Source: a virus
Reading direction: 5' to 3' (one strand)
IMG/VR virus record: IMGVR_UViG_3300032236_000718
Location: 64,001-128,000 of that record
Length of the DNA: 64,000 nt
Shown here: one piece after another, positions 28,571 to 40,100 of the stretch
How the letters are laid out: the number at the start of each line of letters is the position of its first letter
How positions within the stretch are numbered: the stretch's first letter is position 1
Notes under the pieces: generated by a model
Databases searched by the model: none
What the model saw: the letters and a program-made list of their open reading frames with translations, nothing else
What the model was told of the DNA's origin: nothing
Program-made: the position numbers and the translations under genes

Positions 28571-31569
28571 TGAGTATACCTGTTTCACAGATTACCACTA
28601 GTCAGACGTTCGGCGCGTGGCTACAGGTAACTAACTATATAACTCAAATCATATCGACAAATACGGTAACTGCCGACTCTAGTCTTGGTGGTTCTCCGAC
28701 TACTGGAAACTCATTTGTCAATGGTCATTTTGGATCAAATAATATACATGTTAGTACTGTATCAGGTGGAAACTTAACCACAACTGGTGTTTTAACAATA
28801 ACTACAAATGCTACTATTAACTCTGTAGCATCTATAGGAAATACTCTAGTAAACACCACAATTGGTTGGACTGGCGATGGTAATAATGCAATTATATCAT
28901 CATTTACTAATAACAACTCACAGTCTAAAATATCTCATACTAACTCAAGTAATGGTGTTAATGCATCGACAGACTTAGTTCTATATGATACAAATGGAGT
29001 ATTGTCTAATAATTTTATCGATATTGGTATACGTGGATCATACTATACCAATACAGCATGGACAATAAGTGGCGCATCTGATGCTTATGTTTATGTCGGA
29101 AACACAAATCTTTCTATCGGTACGGGTGGAGCAAAGTATATAAACTTCTTTGCAAACGGAATACATGCAAATAATGAGGCTATGCGTATTACAGCCGGTG
29201 CTAATGTCGGCATAGGTAATACTAATCCAGACGCAACTCTTGCTGTTACTGGAACTGCTAATGTATCTGGAAATACTACGATCGTAGGTTCTATAACCGG
29301 TGGAAATACAATATCAATTCTTGGTGCAGCAACACTATCTAATACTTTATCTGTAACAAATTCCGTTACTATGTCAAACACTCTGTTTGTAAATGGAGCT
29401 GTATCATTTGGAAATACCCTCACTGTAACTAATACATCGTCATTCTCTAATAATGTATTGGTCACAGGTAATACAGTATTATCAAATACCCTTCAAGTAA
29501 TAGGTAATACTACTTTATCTAATACTTTATATGTTGTTGGGGATACTTCACTTAACAATACACTTGAAGTCGCCGGTGCAGTTACATTATCAAATACACT
29601 CTCAGTAACTAACAGTGCAGTATTTTCTAATACTATAACAGTAACAGGTAATACAACACTATCAAATACATTACTTGTTGTTGGTGCAACTACTCTATCA
29701 AATACTCTTGGTGTTACAAACTCAGCAACATTCTCAAATACAGTTTATGTTACTGGAGCTACATATCTACTAAGTCAATTAACAGTAACAGGTAATACTA
29801 CTTTATCTAATACTCTAAATGTTGTTGGCGCAACTACTCTATCAAATACATTAAATGTAACTAATACTGCAACATTATCAAATACACTAGTAGTTGTAGG
29901 TAATGTTACATTATCAAATACAATATTAGTTACTGGAAATGCTACATTCTCTAATGATGTTCTAGTCATTGGAAATACGACACTTAGTGGTGCTTTAAGT
30001 GTTACTGGTCCGGTTGCTCTTGCAAATACTCTTTCTGTGACTGGAGCAACAACACTATCAAATACACTAAATGTAACTAATGCTACGACACTGTCTAATA
30101 CTCTTATTGTTTCTGGTGCTACAACACTATCTAATACATTAAGTGTAACTAATGCTACAAGTCTCTCAAATACTCTTAGTGTTACTGGTGCTACTACTTT
30201 AGCAAATACTTTGACTGTTAGCAATGCAGCAGTGTTCTCAAACACTATGTTAGTTACTAATACTGCAAATTTCTCAAATACGGTTAATATTACCGGTAAT
30301 ACAACCCTATCAAATAATATGTCGGTTGTCGGTTGGGTTGGAGTAGGTAATAATAGCCCTGCGGCAGTAGATAAGTTAAGAGTTGAAGGCCAGATTGGAG
30401 CTTATGGAAACGTTTGGAGTAATTCCGGTTATGTATTTGCTAACAACTTAGCTATAGTAGGTGACGGAACTAATGGATATATTACTCCAAATAATACAAA
30501 TGGTACATTAAGTTTAGGTGCCAATAATACTTCGTGGTTAGTAATAAGCGCTGTAAATTCAACTAATGCTCTTATTAATGGAGTAAACGCAAATATAAAT
30601 GCCGCATCATTTACGGTAGCTACAAACCTAATAGCTAATACTATAGGTGTGTATCATACAGGAACTGTGAATGCTGCTACCATATCGATTGGAACAGTAC
30701 TTTTTGCAAACGCAACAAGTATGACATATACAAATGCTGTTAACTTCTCTAATACATTAACCGTTGTTGGTAATACTGTATTATCAAATAATATCACTGT
30801 TGCTGGATTTGCTAGTATAGCTAATACGCTTAGTGTTACTAATGCAGTTACATTCTCAAATACTTTAACTGTTGCTGGTAAATCACAATTTAATGGAAAC
30901 GCAAATGTTGCCGGTAGCTTTGGTGTTGCTAGCTATGCTAACGTAGCAGGTAATCTAACAGTTGATGGAAACCTAGTAGTTGCCGGTACTATGGCATATA
31001 ATGGTCTAGTACAAGGAAGTCTAAACCCAACAAGTAATGCTTATACACTTGGAAATACAACAAATAGATGGGCACTGTCTGCACTATCTGGTGACTTCTC
31101 AAATACGCTTTCAGTCACTAATAGCGTAACATTCTCAAATACATTAACTGTTGTCGGAACATCAACATTTAATAAAAATGTATTAGCTAATAACTTTATA
31201 TCAAATAATTATGTTATAACAAATGGAATTGGATATACCGTATCTAATACAGTTTCTGGATTTAGTGCTATTGGTGATAACTTAATTGAGTCTATACCTG
31301 TTGCATCTTACAGATCTGCAGACTATGTTATACAGGTAACTGAGCCTTCTACAACAAATAACTATCAGATCTCAAAATTATTGTTAGTCCATAATAATAC
31401 ACAGGCATTTACAACCGAGTATGGTATATTCTATACAAATACTGCAGCTGGTCCAATTGCTACATTTAGTGCAAATGTTGACAGTGGAAATGTAAGACTA
31501 TATGCTAATGTTATATCACAGACATCTGCGGTTATTAAGTTTACAAAGACAGCTATAGTACACGAATAA
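28570..31569 (+). CDS. Tail fibre-like structural protein with 12-aa repeats
   Basis: N-terminal TF..W...TN anchor, tandem SNTLxVTGATTL repeats, C-terminal YRSADYVIQ...EYG domain. Confidence 0.7.
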   Translation: MSIPVSQITTSQTFGAWLQVTNYITQIISTNTVTADSSLGGSPTTGNSFVNGHFGSNNIHVSTVSGGNLTTTGVLTITTNATINSVASIGNTLVNTTIGWTGDGNNAIISSFTNNNSQSKISHTNSSNGVNASTDLVLYDTNGVLSNNFIDIGIRGSYYTNTAWTISGASDAYVYVGNTNLSIGTGGAKYINFFANGIHANNEAMRITAGANVGIGNTNPDATLAVTGTANVSGNTTIVGSITGGNTISILGAATLSNTLSVTNSVTMSNTLFVNGAVSFGNTLTVTNTSSFSNNVLVTGNTVLSNTLQVIGNTTLSNTLYVVGDTSLNNTLEVAGAVTLSNTLSVTNSAVFSNTITVTGNTTLSNTLLVVGATTLSNTLGVTNSATFSNTVYVTGATYLLSQLTVTGNTTLSNTLNVVGATTLSNTLNVTNTATLSNTLVVVGNVTLSNTILVTGNATFSNDVLVIGNTTLSGALSVTGPVALANTLSVTGATTLSNTLNVTNATTLSNTLIVSGATTLSNTLSVTNATSLSNTLSVTGATTLANTLTVSNAAVFSNTMLVTNTANFSNTVNITGNTTLSNNMSVVGWVGVGNNSPAAVDKLRVEGQIGAYGNVWSNSGYVFANNLAIVGDGTNGYITPNNTNGTLSLGANNTSWLVISAVNSTNALINGVNANINAASFTVATNLIANTIGVYHTGTVNAATISIGTVLFANATSMTYTNAVNFSNTLTVVGNTVLSNNITVAGFASIANTLSVTNAVTFSNTLTVAGKSQFNGNANVAGSFGVASYANVAGNLTVDGNLVVAGTMAYNGLVQGSLNPTSNAYTLGNTTNRWALSALSGDFSNTLSVTNSVTFSNTLTVVGTSTFNKNVLANNFISNNYVITNGIGYTVSNTVSGFSAIGDNLIESIPVASYRSADYVIQVTEPSTTNNYQISKLLLVHNNTQAFTTEYGIFYTNTAAGPIATFSANVDSGNVRLYANVISQTSAVIKFTKTAIVHE
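29320..30330 (+). repeat. Degenerate 36-nt coding tandem repeat (SNTLxVxxxxTL)
   Basis: Recurrent TCAAATAC/TCTAATAC at 36-nt spacing. Confidence 0.85.
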
Positions 31570-31581
31570 GGATAGACAGCC

Positions 31582-31929
31582 ATGGCATTAAAAGCCAATA
31601 TAACCATTGACCAAGGAACTACTTTCAGTACGTCAATAGCTATGTCTGACGCGGCAAATAACCCGTTAGATCTATCAGCATACACTGGATATGCTCAAAT
31701 CAGAAAATGGTATAGCTCTGTCGCCCACACTAATTTTCATGTTACACTAGCACTTGGAGCAGTGACTTTGGCATTGACACCTGAACAGACCAACCTATTA
31801 GCTCCTGGTAGATACGTATATGACTTAGCACTAGTTGATCATGCTAATGCTGTCACTCGCGTTATTGAAGGTGTCATAACAGTCACACCAAAGGTAACAT
31901 CACTATCCGATTATGCAAATACACCATAA
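31582..31929 (+). CDS. Small virion adaptor protein (Ig/BppU-like)
   Basis: N.TIDQG.TF, LDL..YT..AQIRK, L.L..EQT..L.PGRYVYD, RVIEG..TV.P. Confidence 0.65.
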   Translation: MALKANITIDQGTTFSTSIAMSDAANNPLDLSAYTGYAQIRKWYSSVAHTNFHVTLALGAVTLALTPEQTNLLAPGRYVYDLALVDHANAVTRVIEGVITVTPKVTSLSDYANTP

Positions 31930-31939
31930 AGATTAAGAT

Positions 31940-32206
31940 ATGGCAGTACAGGTAAGACTAGCTACAAGTGCACCGGCAATTAGGGCCAACACTGCTGCTT
32001 TGACGGCCACTGCAGCAGGTGCATCTCAGCAAGCTACTTCATTGAAGACAACTCCGGTTGTACAGGACTATATAAAAAACCTAATGGATGTCGTGGAGAC
32101 CGACCTAGTAGCCGGGGCTACACTTGTTTATAATGCTAATACACATAAATACGAGATAAAACCAATTGAAATATCTAACCAAATATTGGATGGCGGTACT
32201 TTTTAG
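31940..32206 (+). CDS. Small structural protein ending in LDGGTF
   Basis: L.DV......GATLVYN..T.KYE, terminal DGGTF; paralog of the next ORF. Confidence 0.6.
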   Translation: MAVQVRLATSAPAIRANTAALTATAAGASQQATSLKTTPVVQDYIKNLMDVVETDLVAGATLVYNANTHKYEIKPIEISNQILDGGTF

Positions 32207-32215
32207 GGGAAACTC

Positions 32216-32413
32216 ATGGCAGAGATCGACGGACAACCTGCAAAAGTAAAGACATCCAATGAAGTAAAACATAAATTTGTACACGAGCTTCTCGATGTAT
32301 CAGAACACAATCCTCCCAATGGCGGGGTCTTAGTTTGGAATGATCAAACGAATAAATACGAGGTGAAAATTATAGACCTGAAAGTTATTGTGCTGGATGG
32401 CGGGCTTTTTTAA
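32216..32413 (+). CDS. Small structural protein ending in LDGGLF
   Basis: LLDV......GGVLVWN..TNKYE, terminal DGGLF. Confidence 0.6.
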   Translation: MAEIDGQPAKVKTSNEVKHKFVHELLDVSEHNPPNGGVLVWNDQTNKYEVKIIDLKVIVLDGGLF

Positions 32414-32429
32414 AAAAGGGACAAACTAG

Positions 32430-35400
32430 ATGGCCAATTATATCCAGATTAGAAGAAGTAATACCAGCGTATCACCAGCAAATACATTGGTCAGTGGTGA
32501 GTTAGCATACTCATATGCAGCAAATGTGCTATATGTCGGTGCACAAACTGGTATCTCTGGTACTGGTTTTAGAATCGGTGGTGCCCAATATATTTACCTA
32601 GATAGAGCAGCAGTAGGTAATCTAACAGCAAATGCTGCAGTTATTGTTGACGGTAACTCATTTATCTCCAATACCTATACTTCTGGCCTAGTTATTAGCC
32701 CATCTACCAGCAGCCCAACATTAGTAATTAACTCGGTATCTGACTATAACTACTCAAATACGGTACTCGGTGCACTTCAGGGAAATAATGAGCTCGTAAC
32801 GGCCAATGCAATCGCTCACTATGTTCAGACACAAGTTCTTTCTGGTGGTGTCTACGCTAACGGCGCTCCAGCATCCGGATCTAATGGAGCACTACAATAT
32901 AACGATCAGTCCTCTGGTTTTAATACCATCGCAGGTGCTGATAATCTCCATTATGATAAAACAACTGGTACTCTTACTGTAGGTAATACCTCTTCCCATG
33001 TTCACATGGGATATATTACCGATCTACAAGCTACCCAAGAGAATCAGGGTAACCAAAATAATTATATTCAGGCGATGATTCAAAACTCAAACAATGGTAT
33101 TGAGGCATCAGCTGACTGGGTTGCATATAATGATGATACATCATATAGTACCTTTATCGATATGGGTATTACCAGTTCTACATATGCAAATGCAAGTTCT
33201 ACAATAACACCTGCTGGAACTGGTTATATCTATACCGGAAACGCGGCCCTTGCTATTGGTACAAATGCTACTAGCAGTAATGTTGTTATCTTTACTGGCG
33301 GTCTGATGGCTGCTAATGAGCGCATGCGCTTTGATTCTACTGGTAATGTTGCTATCGCTACAACAGACACAAGTCTAGCTACATTTACTGTTAATGGAAC
33401 CGCGACATTTACTGCTGGTATATACGCAAATGGTGGTCTAGGTTCAAATGGATATACACTTCATAGTAATGGTTCTGCTCTTTACTGGGATAATCCTACT
33501 GCTGGTGCAGCTGGTGCAAACACTGAGATCACATTTAATGAGAATGGATATGCTAATGGCAATCCTAACTTTACATTTGATGTTACAAGCAATACACTAA
33601 CTGTTAACGGCACAATCAACGTTGCATCAATCTCCGCTAACGGTTCATTAGGTACTGCAGGTCAAGCGCTTCACTCTGATGGTGCTAACCTTTACTGGGC
33701 AAACAGCTCAGCAGTTGCTGGATCTGATACATGGGTGCAGTATAATTTCGGTGGTACAACTACCGGAGCAGATGCAAATCTAGCATTTGACTATACTACT
33801 GGCACTTTAACAGTATCAAACACTGTTAGAACAGCTATATTCAATTTATCTGGTTCAAATACAACATTTACTGATGCCGGAAATAGTGTTGTTATCGGCA
33901 CTGGCATGGACCTTGAGAACACTAATTCCGATAGAGTAGCAATTGGATCATCTGCTGGATATTCTAGTCAAAATACTGCTGCAATAGCCATTGGCTTAAA
34001 TGCTGGTAACTATAGACAACATGTTGATGCAATTGCTATCGGCGAGGGAGCAGGCTATTCTAATCAGCATATCAATGGTATTGGTATTGGTTATGAGGCT
34101 GCTTCTAATAGTCAACTATGGGATGCTATCGCAATCGGTGCTCAAGCTGGTTATGAGTCTCAGAGTTACTATAGTATTGCTATTGGTAAGGGTGCAGGCT
34201 CAAATACTCAGCAAGCGTACTCGGTAGCTGTTGGTAGATTTGCTGGTTCAAATAGTCAACAAAGTTCAGCGGTAGCTATCGGACAATATGCTGGTTATGA
34301 TACACAAGGCGAATATTCTATAGCAATCGGTGACCGTGCTGGTTATACAAATCAGTCAACAAATGCCATTGCTATCGGTGTTGAAGCTGGTTATTCTGGA
34401 CAAGCTGACTCTTCTGTAGCTATCGGTAACTATGCTGGTAATGACAGTCAGAATACAAATGCTGTAGCTGTAGGTTCACAGGCTGGTGAGCAAAGCCAGC
34501 AAGAACAAGCTGTAGCTATTGGTTATCAAGCAGGTAACTACGATCAAGGCGAGCGCGGTGTTGCAGTTGGTACTTATGCCGGTGCTAATAATCAGGGCAG
34601 CGAGACTGTAGCAATTGGTTATGAAGCTGGACAAGCAAATCAGACATCTGATGCTGTTGCAATTGGATCTCGCTCGGCTTCAGTATCACAGGGTGATAGC
34701 GCTGTTGCGATTGGCTATAAAGCTGGACAGATATACCAGGGTAACTCTGCTATCTCTGTTGGTCAAAATGCTGGTCAATATAATCAACAAGATAGCGCGA
34801 TTGCGATTGGTCGTTATGCTGGTGACCAAGGACAAAGCGCAGGTGCTATTGCAATCGGTCTATATTCTTCTACAGGAACTGATGATGTATACTATACTCC
34901 AACATTTAACAACGGCGACACGACATGGTTGATTGACGTATCTGGAGACGGTGGAGAGTTAGATTACTTTGTAGCACAATATCTAGCAGACACTGATCGT
35001 AAAGTATATGTAACAGGCCCTGGAGTACAACCGGGTACGTTTATTACTTCAGGATCAGCAGGTACTTACACAGTAAACCTTGCTGCTGTTGATAATTCGA
35101 GCGGAACGGTACTGATTACATATGGTGGTCAAGGCGAAAATGCTGTAGCTATTGGTTCTGGAGCGGGTGATAATTTCCAGGGAGCTAACACTGTTGCTAT
35201 AGGTTATTATGCAGCTTCAGCTAATCAGAAGTTTGGAGCTGTTGCTATCGGCTTAAACTCGGGTGCAGCTGATCAAGGCTATCAAGCTATCGCTATCGGT
35301 GAGTCTGCTGGTGCAGCTAATCAGGCATATCAAAGTATTTCATTAGGTTACTATGCAGGTTCTAATGGACAGCACGAGCGTGCTGTTGCTATGGGTTACT

Positions 35401-36647
35401 ATGCTGGTGCAAACGGTCAGGGTATTAAGGCTGTTGCTATCGGTCGTTCTGCCGGTCAAGACTCTCAAGGTCAAGACTCGATAGCTATCGGTCATCGTGC
35501 CGGTCAGACAACTCAAGCAGTTGGAGCTATTGCCCTTGGACGTTATGCTGGTCAGACAAATCAGGGTAATAATTCAATAGCTATCGGTTATATGGCTGGT
35601 GTAACAAATCAGGGTAACAACTCTATTATCCTGAATGCGAACGGAACAACACTTGATACTACAACAAGTGGTTTCTTTGTTGATCCTATCCGCAATCTTG
35701 TTGCTAGTAGCAATAATTCAAGTAACTTCTTGTTCTATGATACTACTTCAAGAGAACTAAGTTATTCTTCACTAGTAGATGCTCTAGCAAGTAACACATT
35801 AAGCATTGGTAATACCACAGTTAATACATTCATCAATTCTTCATCGATGAATGTTAACTCAATTACAGTTGCCAATATCTACTCAAATGCTACTATTAAT
35901 GCTGCATCATTTACAATTAATGGTAATCTAACAGCTAATAGCCTTGGTATCTATCTTGGTACCGGTACATATGTAAATGCAGCAGCAGTTAATGCAACAT
36001 CACTTGGTGTTAACGGTGATGCTATAATAACAGGTAACCTGACAGTTCAGGGTACTCTAACGACTATCGATACCACGCAGGTAGCGATCGCTGATATTAA
36101 CTTAAAGCTAGCATCTAATAATGCCTCTGATGTTGTTGACTTTGGTTTCTATGGACAGTATAATGTAGCTAATACAACATACTACTCTGGTCTCTTCCGT
36201 GATCATACTATGGGTGATGCTACTCATGCTGTCTATCACCTATATTCGACTTCTACAGAACCAGGTATGACAGCACCATATGTTGTAGACGGTACTGATC
36301 CTAGCTATCATCTATCAACTCTTATGTCTTACCTTGATACCGGTAAGGGATTTGTTGCTAATGCTACTAACATAAGTATCACAGGCAATAGTACTGTCAA
36401 CGTAGCTATATCAGCTAATACTCTTCACCTTGACTCTGCTCTACCTGCAAATTCTGGTGGTACAGGTCTTAATACATATCTTGCTGGTGATATTATATTT
36501 GCTTCTGGTTCATACTCGGGCGGTGGAGAATCATCTACAACTCTTACAACTCTATCTGTTCCGATTGCCGCAGCTAACGATCAGATTCTTATGATTAAAA
36601 ACAACTTGCCAGCGTACTCTGATACGATTGATGGCGGAACATTCTAA
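32430..36647 (+). CDS. Tail fibre/adhesin with YadA-head-like 14-aa repeats
   Basis: N-terminal IQIRRS...GELAYS anchor; many (A/S)(V/I)AIGxxAGxxxQ repeats; terminal IDGGTF. Confidence 0.75.
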   Translation: MANYIQIRRSNTSVSPANTLVSGELAYSYAANVLYVGAQTGISGTGFRIGGAQYIYLDRAAVGNLTANAAVIVDGNSFISNTYTSGLVISPSTSSPTLVINSVSDYNYSNTVLGALQGNNELVTANAIAHYVQTQVLSGGVYANGAPASGSNGALQYNDQSSGFNTIAGADNLHYDKTTGTLTVGNTSSHVHMGYITDLQATQENQGNQNNYIQAMIQNSNNGIEASADWVAYNDDTSYSTFIDMGITSSTYANASSTITPAGTGYIYTGNAALAIGTNATSSNVVIFTGGLMAANERMRFDSTGNVAIATTDTSLATFTVNGTATFTAGIYANGGLGSNGYTLHSNGSALYWDNPTAGAAGANTEITFNENGYANGNPNFTFDVTSNTLTVNGTINVASISANGSLGTAGQALHSDGANLYWANSSAVAGSDTWVQYNFGGTTTGADANLAFDYTTGTLTVSNTVRTAIFNLSGSNTTFTDAGNSVVIGTGMDLENTNSDRVAIGSSAGYSSQNTAAIAIGLNAGNYRQHVDAIAIGEGAGYSNQHINGIGIGYEAASNSQLWDAIAIGAQAGYESQSYYSIAIGKGAGSNTQQAYSVAVGRFAGSNSQQSSAVAIGQYAGYDTQGEYSIAIGDRAGYTNQSTNAIAIGVEAGYSGQADSSVAIGNYAGNDSQNTNAVAVGSQAGEQSQQEQAVAIGYQAGNYDQGERGVAVGTYAGANNQGSETVAIGYEAGQANQTSDAVAIGSRSASVSQGDSAVAIGYKAGQIYQGNSAISVGQNAGQYNQQDSAIAIGRYAGDQGQSAGAIAIGLYSSTGTDDVYYTPTFNNGDTTWLIDVSGDGGELDYFVAQYLADTDRKVYVTGPGVQPGTFITSGSAGTYTVNLAAVDNSSGTVLITYGGQGENAVAIGSGAGDNFQGANTVAIGYYAASANQKFGAVAIGLNSGAADQGYQAIAIGESAGAANQAYQSISLGYYAGSNGQHERAVAMGYYAGANGQGIKAVAIGRSAGQDSQGQDSIAIGHRAGQTTQAVGAIALGRYAGQTNQGNNSIAIGYMAGVTNQGNNSIILNANGTTLDTTTSGFFVDPIRNLVASSNNSSNFLFYDTTSRELSYSSLVDALASNTLSIGNTTVNTFINSSSMNVNSITVANIYSNATINAASFTINGNLTANSLGIYLGTGTYVNAAAVNATSLGVNGDAIITGNLTVQGTLTTIDTTQVAIADINLKLASNNASDVVDFGFYGQYNVANTTYYSGLFRDHTMGDATHAVYHLYSTSTEPGMTAPYVVDGTDPSYHLSTLMSYLDTGKGFVANATNISITGNSTVNVAISANTLHLDSALPANSGGTGLNTYLAGDIIFASGSYSGGGESSTTLTTLSVPIAAANDQILMIKNNLPAYSDTIDGGTF
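33880..35640 (+). repeat. Degenerate 42-nt coding repeat (YadA-like beta-roll)
   Basis: GC(T/A)AT(C/T)GG...GCTGGT period of 14 codons. Confidence 0.8.
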
Positions 36648-36659
36648 TAGGAGAAGAAA

Positions 36660-36911
36660 ATGGCAACAATCGCCGATCAAGTAACTGCCAATACAACTGT
36701 ACAGACATCAGTAACGTCGACAGGTTATATGGTAACAGAGATACACGAGGATGTAAGAAACAAGTCTGTACACGCTACAGTCGAGTTTGCACCATTTACT
36801 CGTGGATCTAGAAAAAAGACAATTGCTGTCTGGGAAGGAACTGCATATGAAGCAGTTAGAGATACCTGGACCAATGCTGACCTACTAGCAAAGGTTGCTA
36901 CCTTAGTTTAA
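36660..36911 (+). CDS. Hypothetical protein, possible fibre chaperone
   Basis: AGGAG Shine-Dalgarno; follows the fibre gene. Confidence 0.55.
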   Translation: MATIADQVTANTTVQTSVTSTGYMVTEIHEDVRNKSVHATVEFAPFTRGSRKKTIAVWEGTAYEAVRDTWTNADLLAKVATLV

Positions 36912-36933
36912 CAGTGAATAGGACTATTATATC

Positions 36934-37149
36934 ATGGATTCAGATTTTGTAAACCTTTATATTGAAAAACTTTCGGCTAGAGTCGAGTTAATGACAAAGA
37001 ACGAGATCATATATCAAGTTCAACTCGACCTAGCCAAGAAAGCCGCAGCAGCCTTATCAGCAGATAATGAGGAGCTGAAGCAACAGATATATAAGCTTGA
37101 AGCCTCCTTAAATAAGAAAGCTTCAAAGACAACTAAGGAAGACTTTTAA
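36934..37149 (+). CDS. Small coiled-coil hypothetical protein
   Basis: AGGA Shine-Dalgarno; heptad pattern. Confidence 0.6.
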   Translation: MDSDFVNLYIEKLSARVELMTKNEIIYQVQLDLAKKAAAALSADNEELKQQIYKLEASLNKKASKTTKEDF

Positions 37150-37182
37150 CCCTCGGTTTCTACCGATTGATAGGGATGCCAG

Positions 37183-40100
37183 ATGGCTAGTAAGATTATT
37201 ATCAGAAGGACTACGGTATCAGGAAGAACTCCTAATACAGTAGATCCTACCAACACACAGTTTATTAATACTGGAGAGTTGGCCCTCAACCTGACAGACA
37301 AGAAGCTATTCTCGTCTAACGGCACTTTGTCGTTTGAGATCGGGTCTAATCTTACCAGCCTTGTAGTATCAAATACTATATTCCTAGGAAACAGTACAGT
37401 CAACACGACTGTAAATTCAAGCTCCATCTACATAGCTAACTCTACAGCTAATACCTTAATCAAGCCAGGTAATGCTGCACTATTTGGTTCGGTTATTCAG
37501 GTTGGTAACTCTACAGTAAACAGTGTCATAACAAGTTCTGCTATTGCAGTCAATGGTGACTATGTAGCTACAAATAACTATGTACAGAACACATTTATTA
37601 CAAATGTTACAGCCTATAGTGTATTTGCTCTGGCCGCAAACGTTACTAACTCTGTCGACGCAGTTATATCTAACACACTTAATGTAGCTAATAGTCTTTT
37701 TGTTAATACTACAGCTATAAGCATATCTAATAATATAGCTTTATACGCTAATGGCGAGTTTGGTGGATCAGGCACATTCTTATCATCAAATGGATCAGGT
37801 GTTTATTGGGCAGCAGCTGTAACACCATCAGATCTATCAGTAAACTCAATAAGCATAACTGGTGGAAGATTAGCAGTAGGTAACTCACTAGTTAATGTAG
37901 AAATATCTAATAACTCTATTAAGATAGGTAACTCCACATCAAACATAGTTATTAACTCAACTATGATTATAGCTAATGGTTCTGCTGGTGGTAATGGAAA
38001 CTATCTTACATCTAATGGAACATCCATATATTGGACTTCATCTGTTACTCCAACAAATCTAACAGTAGACAATGTAGAAGTTAGTAATGGCCATGTATCT
38101 GTTGGAAACTCAACAGTAAACACAATAGTATCTAATACCGGTCTTATTGTAGGAAATAGTACAGTAAATTCTACTGTTAATTCAACATCATTTTCCGGTA
38201 CTTCAAATAATGCATTGTATCTCGGTGGAAATAGTGTATCTACTATTCTTACGTATGCAAATAATAAAGCAGCAAATGCATATTCAAACGCAACAAGCTA
38301 TGCTGATTATGCTGCTGAAAATGCCTATTCAAATGCTGTCTCATATACTGATATTGTTGTGTCATCTAATGCTACAACAACTTACTCTAATTCAGTAGCA
38401 TATACAGATATAGCTGTGGCAAATGCTTACAGTAATGCTGTGACTTATACTAATAATAAGGCAGGAAATGCATATTCCAACGCGGTAACATATGCAGGAA
38501 ATGCTGCTGCAAATGCCTACTCTAATGCAGTAAGCTATGCAGACCTAGCTGCAACAAATGCATATTCCAACGCGGTAAGTTATGCTAGTAATGTTGCTGG
38601 AAATGCCTATAGCAACTCAGTCACATATACAAATAATAGAGCTGCTAATGCATACTCTAATGCAGTCACATATGCCAGTTTAGCAGCTGCAAATGCATAT
38701 ACAAATGCAGTATCATATGCTGACTCAGCAGCAGCGACTGCTTACTCTAATGCAGTCACATATTCATCCAGCTATGCCGACTCTCACTCTGCAACTGCAT
38801 ACGCTAATGCTGTTTATAATGCTGGACTGTATGCAGCAAATGCATACAGTAATGCAATTGCATATGCAGGTTTAGCAGCGGCTAATGCTTACTCTAATGC
38901 TATATCTTATGCAGGAAGTGCAGCTACTAGTAATGCTGCTGCTGCATATGCTAATGCAGTCACTTATACAAATACTTACTTTGCACATCTTTCTGGGGCA
39001 ACATTTACTGGTAATGTCGTAATATCAAATACAGGACTTATAGCTAACGGCTCTATTGGCACCAACAAGCAGGTTCTACTAAGCAATGGATCATCCCCAT
39101 ACTGGGCAGCACTAGCTCCTGTCAGACAGAACTATACTGCTAACGGAACAGGAACTACCTATACAGTCTCTGGTGGATATACACCATATAATCTAGATGT
39201 GTATGTGAATGGTGTCAAGTTACTTAATGGTATTGATGTAGACGTGTCTAACGGATCTATATTTACAACGACTTCAACATATCCTAGTGGAACTACAATC
39301 GACGTGTTAGGTCAGGTCCCGTACACGGGGGCACCCGGTTCTTATGTGTCTAAAGCTGGCGATACTATGTCAGGTACACTCACTGTTGGAACTACACAGA
39401 TTGGTAGTAGTTTTATAAATGTGAACTCAGTCGCTTCAGGCTTAATACCTTCAACTAACCTAGCGTTTAGTTTGGGAAATACAACAAACCGCTGGAATGA
39501 CTTATATGTGGGTTCTAACTCTATTATATTCACAGACTCTTCTGGTGGTCCTGACCAATACTTAAAACTAGCTAACCAGGTTTTTAGTATAATTCAGGCT
39601 GGTACATCTAACTCGTATAATGCAAATGCCGGCTTTAATGCTGGTGGAATACTATTACAGAACTTTACTATAACACTATCAAACACTGCACACGACTTCC
39701 AGATAGGTGTCGATGCTGACACTGCAAATGTTGTTATACATAGACCATTATTAATAGGTAACTCGACTGTCAATACTTCTATTAATGGTATATCTGTCTC
39801 TACAAATACTGCTAAAGTAAATTATATCTCTGCAAATGGAACTACGGGTGTTGTAGGTCAAGTCCTTTTATCTGGTGATGGTTCTTCTAATGTCTATTGG
39901 GGTGGAGTTAAGTCGAACACGGTTATTATAGCAAACACGACCTATACTGCTACGGCTAATGATAAGTGGATGGGATTTACAGCTAACGTGTCGACATTGA
40001 CTCTGCCTAATACACTTAATGGTGCTACAGATGGTAAAGAATATCAAGTAGCCTGTATGGGCGGAGGCAGCAAATCAAACGTGATTATACAAGTCGAAAC

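Noticed and set aside
32402-32420. TTTTTTAAAAAA palindrome as a terminator or slippery site
   Set aside because: No GC stem followed by a U-tract, and the downstream gene has its own ATG and purine-rich leader
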